Source of the DNA: Octopus sinensis
Lineage: Eukaryota
Direction of reading: 5' to 3'
Assembly: GCF_006345805.1 (NCBI RefSeq)
Contig: NC_043014.1
Location: 52,948,001-53,012,000, forward strand
Length of the DNA: 64,000 nucleotides
A program made the position numbers and the translations under genes. Under the pieces are notes generated by a model that made no database searches, had not been told where the DNA came from, and worked only from the letters and a program-made list of their open reading frames with translations. Position 1 is the first letter of the stretch, and each line of letters begins with the position of its first letter. Positions 37,221 to 50,769 of this stretch are shown in pieces.

Positions 37221-38499
37221 GCACGTATGTATGTGTGCATATGTATGAGCATGTGCATTCTTTCTGCCAACTTTCACCCCACCCCCAAGGTGTTGGTGAA
37301 CCTCAGACTTCAGTAGAAGAGACTTGTTCAAGGTGCCATACAACGGTTGCTAAAGGAACTTCTTAATACCACTGCCAAGCCTACCCTGCCTTCCATTGTA
37401 CTCCTTAGATATTGCTGCTGTTCATCTTCAATAAATAAGTCGAGATTGATACATCCAGATCACTCACCAGGCATCAGTTATTCTGTGACTTATCATTCAC
37501 ATCTATCATATCAATCATTGTGGTGGTGGTGGTTGCATGGCCACAAGTCAACCCCAGCTGCAACCATTGCTTTTTTCTCCCAGGGAATAGCATACCCCAG
37601 GGTATATCATCCAGTATGGTTGTCCTTTTATTTTTGATAAAGACTCTAAGGTGTGATTTGAGGAAGATTTGGCATCTAGTTTCAGCAGATCAAACAACCA
37701 CATAGAGGCTATGGGCTATGTCATTGGCTTCACTGGAGATTTCAGTGTGGGTGCATGAAAAGAGAGGGAGAGAGAGAGAGAGAGGGGGGGAGAGACAAAT
37801 AGAGAGAGACAGAGTCAAAGAAACAAGGACAAGAAAAAGGGAGAGAGTTTATTTCGTTTTGATTTCCATCTTGGTCCTACAAAAATCTAGAGAAACAAAC
37901 ATTTCTATGATGTGTACGTGTGTGTAATGTGATGTATGTGTGTATGTGCATTCGTCTTGTGTGTGTGTGAATGTGTTGTGTATTTAGCGAAAGTATTTGA
38001 AACTGTTTAATGATTCCAGAGTTATCTTCCTGTTTATCGATGTGGTGAGTCGGAGCAAATTAATGGAGTTTATCGATAAACTCCTCACCTCGCATAGAAT
38101 TGGCACAAAATCAATGTCCTAACAATATATAACATAGGCACTACAGGCCTGGCCCTTTATCTGGCAGAAGGATGGATGGAAAAACTGACCTTGGTGGAAC
38201 TCAAACTCAGGATATTATTTAATAACACGCAAGCATTTTATTTGATGCTCTAATTACTATAGTAATAATTTGTCTTCTTCCCTTTTAATCCATTAAGGAG
38301 TGGACAGATGGAGATTTAGCTGCTATTTTCAACAGGTTTAGAAAGCATATAGACGTTTAACGATGATGATGTTTTTGCTCCTTTGAAAAACTGTTCTTTC
38401 ACTTTGGAAACATTAATTCTTGTCTGAGCCAAGTTAATACTTAGCTTGAGAAACCTAGGTGCTTTTCACAAAAGCTTTAGTTGCAGGTGCAACTCTGAG

Positions 38500-38880
38500 T
38501 TGCCAAGAAACTCATTTTGCAGCCAGCTGGTTTCTGTTTCAATCACAGTGTGTGGCACCTTGGGCCAATGTCTTTTTAATATAGCCTCATGCCAATTAAT
38601 GTCTTGTGAGTGAATTTGGTCACCAGAAACACTGCATGGAAGCCCATTGTGTGTGTGTGTGCATGCGTGTGTGTGTGTGCGTGCATGTGTGAATGCATGT
38701 ATGCAACTATGTGTGTCTCCCTCACTGTTTGACAATTTGTAGTTTGTTATGTCCCTTTAACTTAGCAATTCGGCAAAAGAGACTGACAGAATAAATAGCA
38801 AGTAAGTATTTGAATCAATTTACTCAAGTTAGTGCCCCAGGATGGTGTCAGTCCAATGACTGAAACAAGTAAAAGATAAA
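38500..38880 (+). mobile_element. SINE family 3 (CORE-like), degenerate
   Basis: gtggcaccttgggccaatgtc..cttagcaattcggcaaaagagactgacagaataa..aatgactgaaacaagtaaaagataaaa. Confidence 0.75.
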
Positions 38881-38999
38881 ACCCCAATCTGATCCACCTT
38901 TCCCAGGGGCCACATCTCTTTGCCATCCGCACCATTCCGGTCCATCTTATCTCTACAAACATTTACCTGCAAACACTCACACTGAACATCAGGCATTAC

Positions 39000-39072
39000 C
39001 ATAATCTCGCCCTGATTTCAAACTGCAACACATCAAAGACTTCTACCATTGAGTCTTCAGGTGATTCCAGTT
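39000..39072 (-). CDS. Weak candidate internal exon (ELESPEDSMVEVFDVLQFEIRARL)
   Basis: Long pyrimidine tract cctcttttgtctgctacttttgctcacAG. Only the phase-1 frame is open, which is compatible with exon 42500. The donor TG|GTAATG is mediocre and a stop follows if it is not used. Confidence 0.25.
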
Positions 39073-39978
39073 CTGTGAGCAAAAGTAGCAGACAAAAGAG
39101 GAACTAAACGGAGGCATTTGGGATGGATTGCTGTCTGTTCTTAGATGTCCACAGAAGAGTTTCTACTTCAGAAAGCATTCAGACCAACTGACCACTCAGA
39201 AGATAAGCCTCATGTTTTTAAGCACTTCTCATCCATTTGAAAAAATAAAGACAGGATGATAATGGATTCTTAAATGATGATGATGATACTTATAGCAAAC
39301 AATTCGTCATGCTTCCCATATATTTTCTCTGATGTTATGTTTTATATATCTCATCATCATCAGCAGCATTTACTATTCATTTTCCATGCGGGTATGGGTT
39401 GGACGGTTTGACAGGAACTGGCCAGCCAGAGAGCTGTCAGGGCTTCAATTGTCTGGGCATGACCTCTACAACTGGATGTCCTTCCTAGCACCAGCCACTT
39501 TACAGAGTGTGCCACGTGCTTTTACGTGGCACCGGCACCTGCAGACAAAGGCCACTCAGCTAGGAGAGGGAGTGGGGGGGGCATGACCATAAAGAACACT
39601 CCTGTAAGTATGGATGGCCACAATTCTACTTAGCTTGACAGATCACCAGAAGTCCCAGTTCCTCGTCATCTCCTCAGTGAAGCTCAGCATCTGAAAATCC
39701 TCCCTTCTCACTTCATCCCTCATCTTCCTGAGCTTACCCTTTCCATAGGTTCCCTCCACTAACACAGATTGGCACTTCACATTAATTAGCACATCCAACT
39801 TAACTTCCATGTGTTGCGATAATTAATATTTGATACAAAAACTACTTCTGTTGCCAATAGCCTATATATATCTATATATATATCTATATATCTATATATA
39901 TATCTATATATCTATATATATATATAACCCATGCTAGCATGGAAAGCGGACGTTAAACGATGATGATGATATACATAC

Positions 39979-40022
<44 letters not shown>

Positions 40023-40039
40023 ATATATATATATGTAGG

Positions 40040-40330
40040 TGTAGGCATGACTGTGTGATAAGAAGCCTGTTTCCCAGCCACACAGTTTCAGACTCAGTGC
40101 CACTGCATGGCACCTTGGGCAAGTGTCTTCTTCCATAGTCCTGAATCAACCAAAGCCTCACAAGAAGATTTGGGAGACAGAAACTGAAAGAAACCTGTTG
40201 TTTGTTTATATGTGTGTGGTCCGCATGTGGGTACGCTTTATATTTATCCACCCCCCACCAAATGATAACTCTTCATGACAGTGCCCCAGCATGGTCACAA
40301 TCCAATGACTGAAACAAATGAAAGATAAAA
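40040..40330 (+). mobile_element. SINE family 3 (CORE-like)
   Basis: ggcatgactgtgtgataagaagc..gcatggcaccttgggcaagtgtcttct..gaaactgaaagaa..gtgccccagcatggtcac..aatgactgaaac. Confidence 0.8.
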
Positions 40331-40333
40331 GAA

Positions 40334-40373
<40 letters not shown>

Positions 40374-42499
40374 CTCAACAGAAAAATGTGTAATTTTCAA
40401 AAAAATGATTAAACTTTGTAGATAATAAAATAATAAAAGGTCAACCCTGGTATATTTATCCTCCGGTAAATAAGGCCAATTAATTATTTTTACCCAATGG
40501 GCCGAAGAAAAGACTCCGATTATTTGAAATAAAACAACGAAGTATTGAACTGGAGATGATCAGTAATTGATACAAGGGAGATAACTGTGTAATAGACAGA
40601 AAAATCGCTTCTTCGTCTTTCATTTTAGCTTTTTCTAAAAAGAAAAAAAAAGGATCTTAAAATTTTTTTTTATCTCAGCTCAGTCACTAATACAAGCTAA
40701 ACTGACAGTTAGGTTATAATCAGATAATCTTATATACGTATGTTTTTATCTTAAAGGAAGAGAACAGAACCTCTGAGAATGATAAAAGTTATCTTCAAAC
40801 TGGAGACTTAACCGTTTAGCTGAGTCAAGTCAGATTATTAAGGGCCAAGGGTTGATGTAAAACAAGGCACCAAATTTGTTCTACACAACAAAGAAATAAG
40901 AATCGATCATTCAGTGGAGTTCTACATAGTTTCCATCCACCAAGTTTCACAGACAAGGCTTGGATCGATCTGAGGCTATTTAAAGAAAAAACCCTCCAAA
41001 ACAACTTAGAGTAAAGCAAACTCCTTAACCACACAGCCAAAACTGCATCCATAGAAAATGAAGAGCACAAATTATCTTCAATTAATAATTTAAAGCTGTA
41101 GAAGAGAATGAGCCAAGCTGGAAGAATTTTAATCTTGCAATGACCGATGATATCTTTGCTGAAATCCATTGCTTCTGGTGAGAATAATAATTGTCCCAAC
41201 CATAGCCACAAGGCCAGATATTTGAGGGTAGGGGCAGTGGGTGATTAATTCAATCCCAGCACTCAGCTGTTGCTTTATTTAATCAACCAAAAAAGGCTGA
41301 ATGACAAAGTCGACCTTAGTAGAACTGGAACTCAGGATGCAATGAGTTGGACCAAATATCTTCTACTATTCTTTTCAAAATTCTAAACAAAAGTAAAATT
41401 ACTACACATTATTGTGTTTGAGTCAGGATTGAACAAAAATTTTCATGTTAATTTATGAGAGAAGGTTTTGATTTAAATTTGAAGACAATAAAACAAGTAT
41501 TTTTGAATCAGGAAAGCCTCAGATGAGGTCCTACTAGATGGGTGAAACACAATGTTTATTAACAAGGTGACTCTTGGGCTGGTTAGGTGAGCATCTGGCC
41601 CTCCACTCGCTTACAAAGTCCTGCAAATTTCTTAAATCTGAAAGCTTTAACCAACAAACATCTCCTTCATATAACAAAAATCTATAGTTAATTTACCAAA
41701 TAGAAATAGCAACCAAATCTCTCTCCAATCACACTTGTCTTGAAAAAAACCAAAAAAACCTGAAAGCTACATTGATGAAGTAGTTACAGAAAATAAAATG
41801 TGGGGGACTCAAGCGGAACACTATAAATCCTCTAAATCAGTGAAGACCTGCAACTAAACACAACCACCTAAATAGTGAAGCAAAGAGAATCTGAGATTTC
41901 AACATGATTTCCATTAAAATCTCTACAGTTCATACCTACTCATTTCAAACATCAAATAATGATAAGACAATTATGTTACACATTATAAACATAACCCATC
42001 TCGCTACTGCTAAATGTCTGATCAATTATCTCATGAGATAACAGAACGGCAGGCACTCTACAGTGAAACTGGTAATGTTGGCCTCCAACAAGTGATAGTT
42101 ATGTGTTTCAAGAATCTGTTTCACTTTTCTGCCTCAAAATAGTATAATAACATATAAACAGACTATTTTATGGAAGTTATAACAAAACATTACAACAGCA
42201 TAAACACAAACAATAGAGACACAGAAACCGGACAGCTGGTGGGTAGGAGTCAGTTTATACTTTATTCAAACTAGAATCCGGAATTAAAGATGACAACAGA
42301 TTTAGGTTGTTGCAAAATTATTTCAGCTCAACAGAGTTCATCAGTGTAAACATTAAAAGAAACTAACAGAAGTCTAAATTTTGCGTAGGTCAAAGTTTTC
42401 CATTTGAAAGAATCAGAGAATCAGTTCAAAACTGAAACTTCAGCTCACCACCATGTTGGATTGGTTCAGAATGAAGAGAGAGAGAGAGAAGTGACTTAC

Positions 42500-42713
42500 C
42501 TTGTGATTTGTCTGTATAGAGCTGGGTGTTCATGCTATGCACCTGGCTGCTTTCAGAGGCAATGTCCAACATTTCTTCATCTGTGCTTGACTCAGAATGA
42601 GGTGAACTGCGATGCCTGCCCAAGCCGTAGACACCGTTAGTGTAGGAGCTTGATGACTGTGCCGAAGACGACTGGCGTGAGGCCATAAACGGAAGGAATG
42701 GCTCTGTTTCCAT
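42500..42713 (-). CDS. Coding part of a 300-bp exon (42500-42799): N-terminal 71 aa of an unidentified protein (METEPFLPFMASRQSSS...SESSTDEEMLDI...TDKSQ)
   Basis: Acceptor tatttatttctgtttatttgtttgcAG (42801-42800) and Kozak atcATGG at 42713. The Ser-rich acidic ORF is non-repetitive with elevated GC/CpG, and ends at donor CAAG|GTAAGT (42499-42494), phase 1. Confidence 0.8.
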
Positions 42714-42868
42714 GATAAATGAGAAGAAGAGATAAGACTTTCTAACATAACCACAAACAAGGTGGGGGATTCAGGTTGAATGCTGAGCGTTCAGGAAACC
42801 TGCAAACAAATAAACAGAAATAAATATACAAATGAATAATAGATCTGTCAATAAAGAAACTATAAAGA

Positions 42869-42899
<31 letters not shown>

Positions 42900-44109
42900 T
42901 GTATGTATGTATTGCTCTTAGATAGAGTGAAACTGATGTAATGAACCATACACGCACACACACAGAGCTTGGCCTCTATTTCCCTCTGCTTATCTGGATG
43001 GGATGCTCTTCCCGTTGCTAACACATACAGTGTATTTCAGTGGAGATGCGTTTCACCTTTTCGATACCAACATTCTTCAGACCATTCCTCGTTCTATGAT
43101 ACAAACTCCCTGTCTTAAAGTGATCGACATAAAATCATTCTTCCACCAAAATTTTATGCCAATTTATGTTCCAAACATCACACTGATGAAGACAACATTT
43201 TGATAACTTCATTATTTACAAAATTAATTGTAACAAAATCAGTGTATTTCCACTGAAATAGGGTTTCAACGTTTGGCCCAAGGCCAGCAATTTTGAGGAG
43301 GAAGGATTGGTTGATTCCAATATTTGACTGAAACTTCCCTTTATTGACCCAGAAAGAATGAATGGCAAAACTGATTTCAACAGGATTTGAACTCAGAATT
43401 TAAAGAGTCAGATGAAATGATATTCAGCATTTTATCTGATGGGCTAAGAAAACGGTTAAGAATTTGTCTGGTGATCAGTAGGAACAGTTATCAGTTTTCC
43501 TTTCCACATATTTTATTCATAGTCATTTTCATTACAAACAGTCAGGTCCCACCCTGTTTCACATTTGTGAGACCCCCATCATCTTTATAGTTACCATGCA
43601 GAATTCCCCACTCCACTTCCTGAGGTTATTTCTCCTTGCTAGTCACATTGTTACTTAGACTCAGTATTACTAAATACTCTCCATTTCTGAACATTTCTAA
43701 GTGCTGCTAGTGAAGTAGCATAGGCATTGCTGAAGAGGTCTAACAAGACTGAAACATGTTTTCACCAGTTGACTGAAAGAGCCACTCCCCTCTGCCTTAA
43801 CCTTTATTTCCCAAAATTTTCGATTATTTTTAAATGGAGTTTTCTCCCTTGCTTATTGTTTTCAAGATTTTCAGTGCTCAGAGGGAGTTTTTGTCTGCAA
43901 ATTGCATGGATAATCTCAGTTAATTGAATTTTTTAAAACTCACTATTGCATATCTGAAGCCTTACTGTATGCACATCTATTTATTTGCAGAAGCCTTTCC
44001 ACCCCACCCCCATTCACACACACACACACACACACACACCTATCAGCATGATAAACAAATGGACACAAAACAGAGAGAGCATCTGTTTGGGAGTTCAATT
44101 CTGGCCTGT

Positions 44110-44700
44110 GTAAGTGTTCAAATATTATCCGTAGGTATGTTGACATGCAGCGTGTAGACATCTTCTATGGAAATCATGTTCAAATCAGATCCATGGATAT
44201 ATCCAAATACAATATCATGGGGCATGTCCAAATGTGATACATGAATGTGTTTAGATATGAACCAGGCACATGTTTAAACATGTAGATGTTCCAGGGAGGA
44301 GTTCAGGTATGTGCTGGAGATGCACTCAAATTGCATTCATGCATTCAAATACAATGTTTAGATATGAACCATGGATGCATGTACAAACATGACACATGGA
44401 TGAGTTTCAAGTTTGTCTTTGTTGTGTAGGTACAGTGTTTAGGTACGACTTGCTGATGTGTCTGTGAACGTGTTCAAATGCATCCTGTGAACGTGTTCAA
44501 ATGCATCCTGTGAACGTGTTCAAACATAACAGAAGCATGTGTTTAATACAGGGCATGCAAGTGCTTACATATGGCATGTGGATGTGTTCAAGTACAACAT
44601 TAACCCATATTCAAATGTGGCACGTCCCCAATATTTAAATGCAAAACTTAGGCAATATTTCAAAGACTGCACTTGGACATATTCAGATGTGATACATGCA
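44110..44700. repeat. Decayed ~23-bp minisatellite (about 25 units) with a recently homogenised core at ~44462-44525
   Basis: A recurring atgg/gtga..gtgttcaaat motif appears at about 22-25 bp spacing; (ct)gtgaacgtgttcaaatgcatc is repeated perfectly about 2.7 times. Confidence 0.75.
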
Positions 44701-44877
44701 ACAACAACAACAGCAACATGCACACACATCTTTAAAATATACTTTTTGCTTTTTATTAACAATTCCTTGTTTCCTACTGAAGTGAAAACTAATGTCAAAC
44801 AGTAAATAAAAATCCAAATTAATTGTGAAGAAAAAAACCCCAGAAAAATCAAAGTGAAATGTTGTTTTGTAAAGCAG

Positions 44878-44896
44878 ATGGCAACAGAGGGCGCTA
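44878..44896 (+). promoter_or_regulatory. Candidate CTCF-binding motif
   Basis: atgGCAACAGAGGGCGCta matches CCASYAGRKGGCRS at 12 of 14 positions, in unique sequence 2.1 kb upstream of exon 42799. Confidence 0.3.
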
Positions 44897-44999
44897 CTTT
44901 GATCTGTTGTCTTGGTAAAGCAGTTCCAGTTTCCATCCTACAGAAAAGAATTTGAAATGAAGTATTTAGTCTGAGACCAATTAGTTATTAATGAGAAAG

Positions 45000-45380
45000 G
45001 ACAGGCATGGTCAAGTGGTTAAGAAGTGTGCTTCCCAACTAGGGTATTCAGGTTCAATCTCATTGCATAGCACCTTGAACAAGTGTCTTAGCTACTATAG
45101 CTCCAAGCTGACCAAAGCTGGGTGAGTGGATTGGATGGATGGAAACTGAGAAGAGTTCATCGTGAATGCGTGTCTCCTTGTCTTGACTCACAGGATGATG
45201 GTTGTCAATGGCTGTCCCTGTCAAACGTGAGGTGTCAGCTGTTTCTAATCTTCTTTGAAAACAAGTCCAATGTCATGAGGAAAGAAGTGAGCGTTGGCAA
45301 AAGGCATGGCATCCAGTCATAGAAAACCTGTCTCAACAAATTCCATCGGACTCACAGAAGCATTGAAAAGATGATTCAGC
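45000..45380 (+). mobile_element. SINE (CORE-like head with an alternative LINE-type tail), degenerate
   Basis: ggcatggtcaagtggttaagaag..gcaccttgaacaagtgtc..gatggaaactgagaag..ggcatccagtcatagaaaacc. Confidence 0.65.
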
Positions 45381-46876
45381 AAAATACATCTGTAGAATTC
45401 CCAGTTCTTTGAAATTTAAAAATCATCTTAACATTACTAAACAGACCAATTTGTCTGCTTATCTTTCGATATCCATAGACTTCTCTTTAAGAAACACAGC
45501 TTTATATGATAAATTATTAGTTTGATAACCATTGCTTTGCTGCAGCAAGAAGGTAAAATGTTCAATTTGAGTTGGCATTTAAATGTCAATGTTTCATGTG
45601 AAATATTTGAAATATGATAATATATACATGATGTGACCAGGTTATTGGATGTTGCTATATTTTGCTGGTTACAATGTGCTTTGCATCATTTTACCTTTCG
45701 AACGATGCCACCCTACTTGCTGGCTTGGCAAGCAGGCTGACATCTGGCCCTGACTGGAAAGCAAATTTGTCAGAGGTTGATCCATTTACAGCTGAGCAGA
45801 CTGGACCAACATAAAATGAAGTGTTTGCTCAAGAACACACTTTGCTGCTCAGCCTGAGAATCAAACCCATGAGCTCGTGGTCATTAGTGCAACACACAGA
45901 CAGACAAGCATTATTTAGAAAGAGTTTTGAAAGAATTAGGAAGTTACTAACTTCTATTTTCATTTTTGAGAAGAATAGATATTACTAGACATTTTTTAGT
46001 TAGGTAAATTATCAAAACTTAGCTTGTCTTTCTCAGTGAAGGCTCAACAGATAATATTTTAATACCTTTTAAAAACATTTATTTTTAAAACATTTTATTT
46101 CATATTCTGCTATCACTGTGTGTGTGTGTGTGTGTGTGTGTGCATACGACAGGCTTCAGTTGGCATGGAGACTGCAGCAGAAGACACAGGCCTAAGATAC
46201 CATTCAGTGGGACTGAACTAAAAACCATTTAGTTGAGAAGCAAACTTCTTAATCGCACAACCACATCTTTACCCAGATGTGCAATTATAAGCAATATTGG
46301 CCCTTTAAATCTCTTTCTCATCCCTGTGTGTATGATGCAGACATGGCTGAGTACTTGAAAAGCTCACTTTGCAATCATAGACGTGTTGGGTTCAAACGCA
46401 TTATGCAGCATCTTGGGCCATTGTATCAGATCAATCCAAACCTTGGATTGATTGGATTAAGGTGAATGCAAACTGCACAAGTGTAGGTGAGCTTTGCCAC
46501 AAATTGTGTCAGATTGTTTCTATCTGAGGATTACATTATGGACGTGTGGGAGTGTTAGGAATACTCAACCACCTACACTTAGTCAGAGGTAGTTCAGTTC
46601 ATTGACTAGGGAGAATCTACATCGTCAAAATTGAAGGACATCTATTTTGAGTTTTACATTTTCTGTGTGTGAACGAGAGTCTGTGGAGGTGAACGTCCTG
46701 CTCGCTACGGCCTTGGACGTTACTGCCATAACTCAATCATGCATAAAAGGGAACAAATGAAATGAATGAACGAATGAAGGCATCTCCTTCACAGCTGATT
46801 TACTCGTGTGACACACACACACACACACACACAAGAAATATCAAGATCCAATTGCAAATGTACACACATATTTATA

Positions 46877-46931
<55 letters not shown>

Positions 46932-49842
46932 ATTTCGATAGTGTGTTTGCATGTACACATTTATACATGCATACATTCATGTATCATGCAGAGTATTAAT
47001 GTGGACTATGCAATGTATCAATCTATGTGTTTGCTATCCACACACACACACACACACACACACAGTATGGCTGAATGGGAAAGAAGCTCAGGAATGCCCA
47101 GATTTGACCCCACTTGGCAAAAAACTATAATTTTCTCTAGCTGCAGGTGAACCCATAACTTGTAAGTAAAACTGGGCAGATGAAAACTGGAGTGAAGCCT
47201 ATTGGCTGGATTGTGCCAATAATTCCTAGGTACAGCCTGTCACACAGTCATGCTACCTTGAGAATATGTAAAGGATACAGATGGCTGTGGAATACCCAAC
47301 CATTTACATGCTAATTCAATGACTGGGAACTTCCGTTGATTGAATAATGGAAGCCTCGTTGCCAAAGCCAACAGGGCCAGACCAGCCCCTGGCCCCTGTG
47401 GAAGACTGGAGCAGTTTCTTGATGAGTGGATTGAACCAGAGGACTGGACCATTACAGAAGATATTTACTATCAACAGAAGCAATAATTGAAGATCAAAGC
47501 CAGGAGTTATCATAGAAAAGTCTAGAACGCAGACAAGTTGCCATCAATCATTAAAGTTGAGATGGTTTTTTTTTTTAAAAAAAGGTTTTTAAACCTGTCC
47601 AACACCCGAATGAAATACACTAGAATTCTATAGATGTCAATCCTGGTCAAACTACAAACACAGACACAGCAGGCGTCTATCAATTGCTTGGTGGCGGGAA
47701 GGGGGTGGGGGCAAGGGCAATGAGGGTGGCATTTATTTTGCACTCCAGGTCACTTGCTTCCTGTAATTTAAACTTGTCACCATGAACAGGAAGAACTAAC
47801 AGAGAGCGTTTCCGGAAGATACACTCACCTGACACAATTGAGTGCCTCTATGTGGTTATTGAACCTGCTAGAAAGGACAGGCAATACTTCCTAATACCAT
47901 TCTCTACTGTCTTAAAAAAAAATAAATGTATCATACCACTGAGGTAGCCTCTACGTAATCGTTTGATTTGTTAGAAATGACAGCCAATACTCTCTCAAAT
48001 CATACCCTGCAGTATGAAAATGAAGAAGATATCGGGCCAACAGGAATTTGTAACCAATCACCCTCAAATCATACCCTATTCTCTAAAAATAGAAAAAAGG
48101 GTGGAAGCCAAATGAGGAACCACAAGGTCTGAGAGCTGATTGGGTGTGGCACCTTGGGCAACTTTACAGCCTCTGGTTGAACAAATTTGGCAGATGGAAA
48201 CTATACAGAAGCCTGTAATATGTGTATGTGTGTGTGTATCCAAATGTCTTCCTATGGAAGTGATGTTTGCTCTGGCTTGAAATGAAGTCAAGATTGGCAT
48301 GAAGAAAGGCATCTGGTCACAGAATACTGCCCTGCCTTAACAAGTCTCATCCAACCCATGCTAGCATGTGAAAAGAAAGAAAAAACTGATGTAAAAAAAA
48401 AACAGTGATGCTCATAATGGTGTGTGTGTGCAAGTCTCATTTCAATTTACACACACACAAGTTTATTGATTATAATCTGAATTAAACCCCAGGATGATGA
48501 TTTAGCTATTGATCCAGAGTTAGTAAATGAAGACAACAGCCAAGATGCAACAGTCTGAAAACATCAACACTCGATTGAATGGTTGCTGGGAATTGCAATG
48601 GTGTCAGCTAACAACAAAACAACAACAAATCAAGAAATTTCTTCCTCGTCAACATCTGACTGTTGAGACTTTTTTATTGGTGTGGGGGTGGGGTGGAAAG
48701 AGGCAACCGGGGGGTGGGGGTATTGTCCTGTTTTATTTTATTTTAAACACACCATGTTATCTGCTATTGAGGTGTATTTTTATGAAACACTCTGCTATTG
48801 TATTTTGTGTCAATCAATTCTAACCGATTATATGCCTTTTTTTTAAAATTTTTTATACCTTCTGTGTTGTTCAATTTTGATGTTTTTTTTTACAAGTGTA
48901 TGAAATAAAAACAAATAAAACTAATTAAAAATGTTTATATACATTAATAAGCCAACAAAAGTGTGTCTATATATTAATGCGAGCAACGAGAGACACTACT
49001 TTCTCCTACCCAAGAAATTAACTCTTGGCTGCTGTTGTGCTCAATCGTACACAAAGAAGGAGTCTGCTGGTTTCTAGACCCTTTTCAACACCACTCATCA
49101 ACCCCTATATAAACCAGTGGGAAAACAAGGTGGGGCTCTGTGCAGACCCTGAAATTGCTTTATCTATAGAAAAACCCCCCCAGAATATACATTGGATAAG
49201 GGGACACTAGAGACCTTGAAAAACTAGATAGGATCAAAGGATCACCTTTTGACCCTATGTCCACTGAATGGAGCCCGAGCTGGAGCTAAACACCCTAACC
49301 TTAACCACTCCTAGTGTTTGAGTGCCCCTGGCAGAGACCACTGTGCTCACAAGTATTTGAACCAGACTCCTCGTTGCTCACCTCACCTCATCAACTGAAC
49401 ATTGATGTGAAAGGAGTTTGCTTCACAGCCACATGGCCCCAGGTTTAATTCCACTGCAGCCAATCCAGTGCCTTACAATCTTGGATGGTCACATTGGATA
49501 ATGCAATCTTAGATATCTCTAAAAAGACAGTATCACCCCCACCCCACCCCCAGTATCTGTGATTTCAGTGACCTTTGCAGACAAACTCTGGTGAGCTTTG
49601 AACACACAATGTAAAAGCATGAAGCTGAATGCTGTTGGCTGTTGATTTTGACCATTTCTGACTCTCCACATTTTGTCTTTGTAATGTTCATTGTGTTGTA
49701 AAGCAGATTGGTTCCCCCCTTGGCTTTGAAAGTGGAGGATTATGAGTTTTTGAGTAGAGTAAATAAATGTCGCATTGATTGCAGAGTGATTTTTCACACA
49801 GATACATACATACATACATATATATATATATACATACATACA

Positions 49843-49878
<36 letters not shown>

Positions 49879-50769
49879 TCTAGGCACTCCAGTACATATG
49901 TACGTGTCTATAAGCATAGGCATGCATGTGTGTGTGCGTGTGTACATATGCAGAAGACACTTGACTGAGATGCTGAACAGTGGTTGGCAAGCAGATTTCT
50001 TAATCCACATACCCATACATACACCCAGCTCTCTCTTTTTCTCTCTCTCTCTCATATATCATCATCTATAAACGTCTGCTTTTCATACTGCCAAGGGTTG
50101 GACGGTTTGATTGAGGACTGGCAAGCCAGGAGGCTGCACCAGGCTCCAATCTGATCTGGCAGAGTTTCTAAAGCTGGATGCCCTTCCTAACACTAACCAC
50201 TCCAAGAGTGTAGTGGGTGATTTTTGTGTGCCACCGGCACAGGGGCCAGTCAGGCAGTACTGGCACGGGAACCAGTCAGGTGGCACTGAACATGAAACTT
50301 AGAGTAACATTCATGAAACTCTGTCTTGTAATAAATATTTTGTGTAGGTGTGTATTTGTCTTTGAACTTTAAAACAATTTATATGAATGACATTTAAAAT
50401 AAACTCAAGCTATGCTTTCCTTTTCTCTTTCTTAGTTTCTTATAAAAGACACAAACTTTGTAATTTTAGAAATTAGAATCGGCAAAATTTTAAATGTTTA
50501 AGTATAAAAAAAAATAGAAGTTTTTTTTTTTCTCCCAAAATAATTATTTTGAAATGTCAATGGACAATCTTTAGTTTTTATTTTTATATTTTCATATATT
50601 TTTCCAAAGCAAAAATATAAAAATCCAAACACTTGCTGAATAATAAAATAAACACACAGAAAACGAGACTTTGTACAAACTGCATAGTGTTTGTGTGTGG
50701 CCGAGATACAGGTAGAAAAAAGAGTGAGATTGCTGAAATGTGTGAGAGGGCAGAGGATCCTTAGAAGGA

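Noticed and set aside
47320-47490. Protein-like plus-strand stretch (MEASLPKPTGPDQPLAPVEDWSS / FLDEWIEPEDWTITEDIYYQQKQ)
   Set aside because: It needs a frameshift to join, has no splice sites and no recognisable family. It may be an old TE remnant; a BLASTx would settle it.
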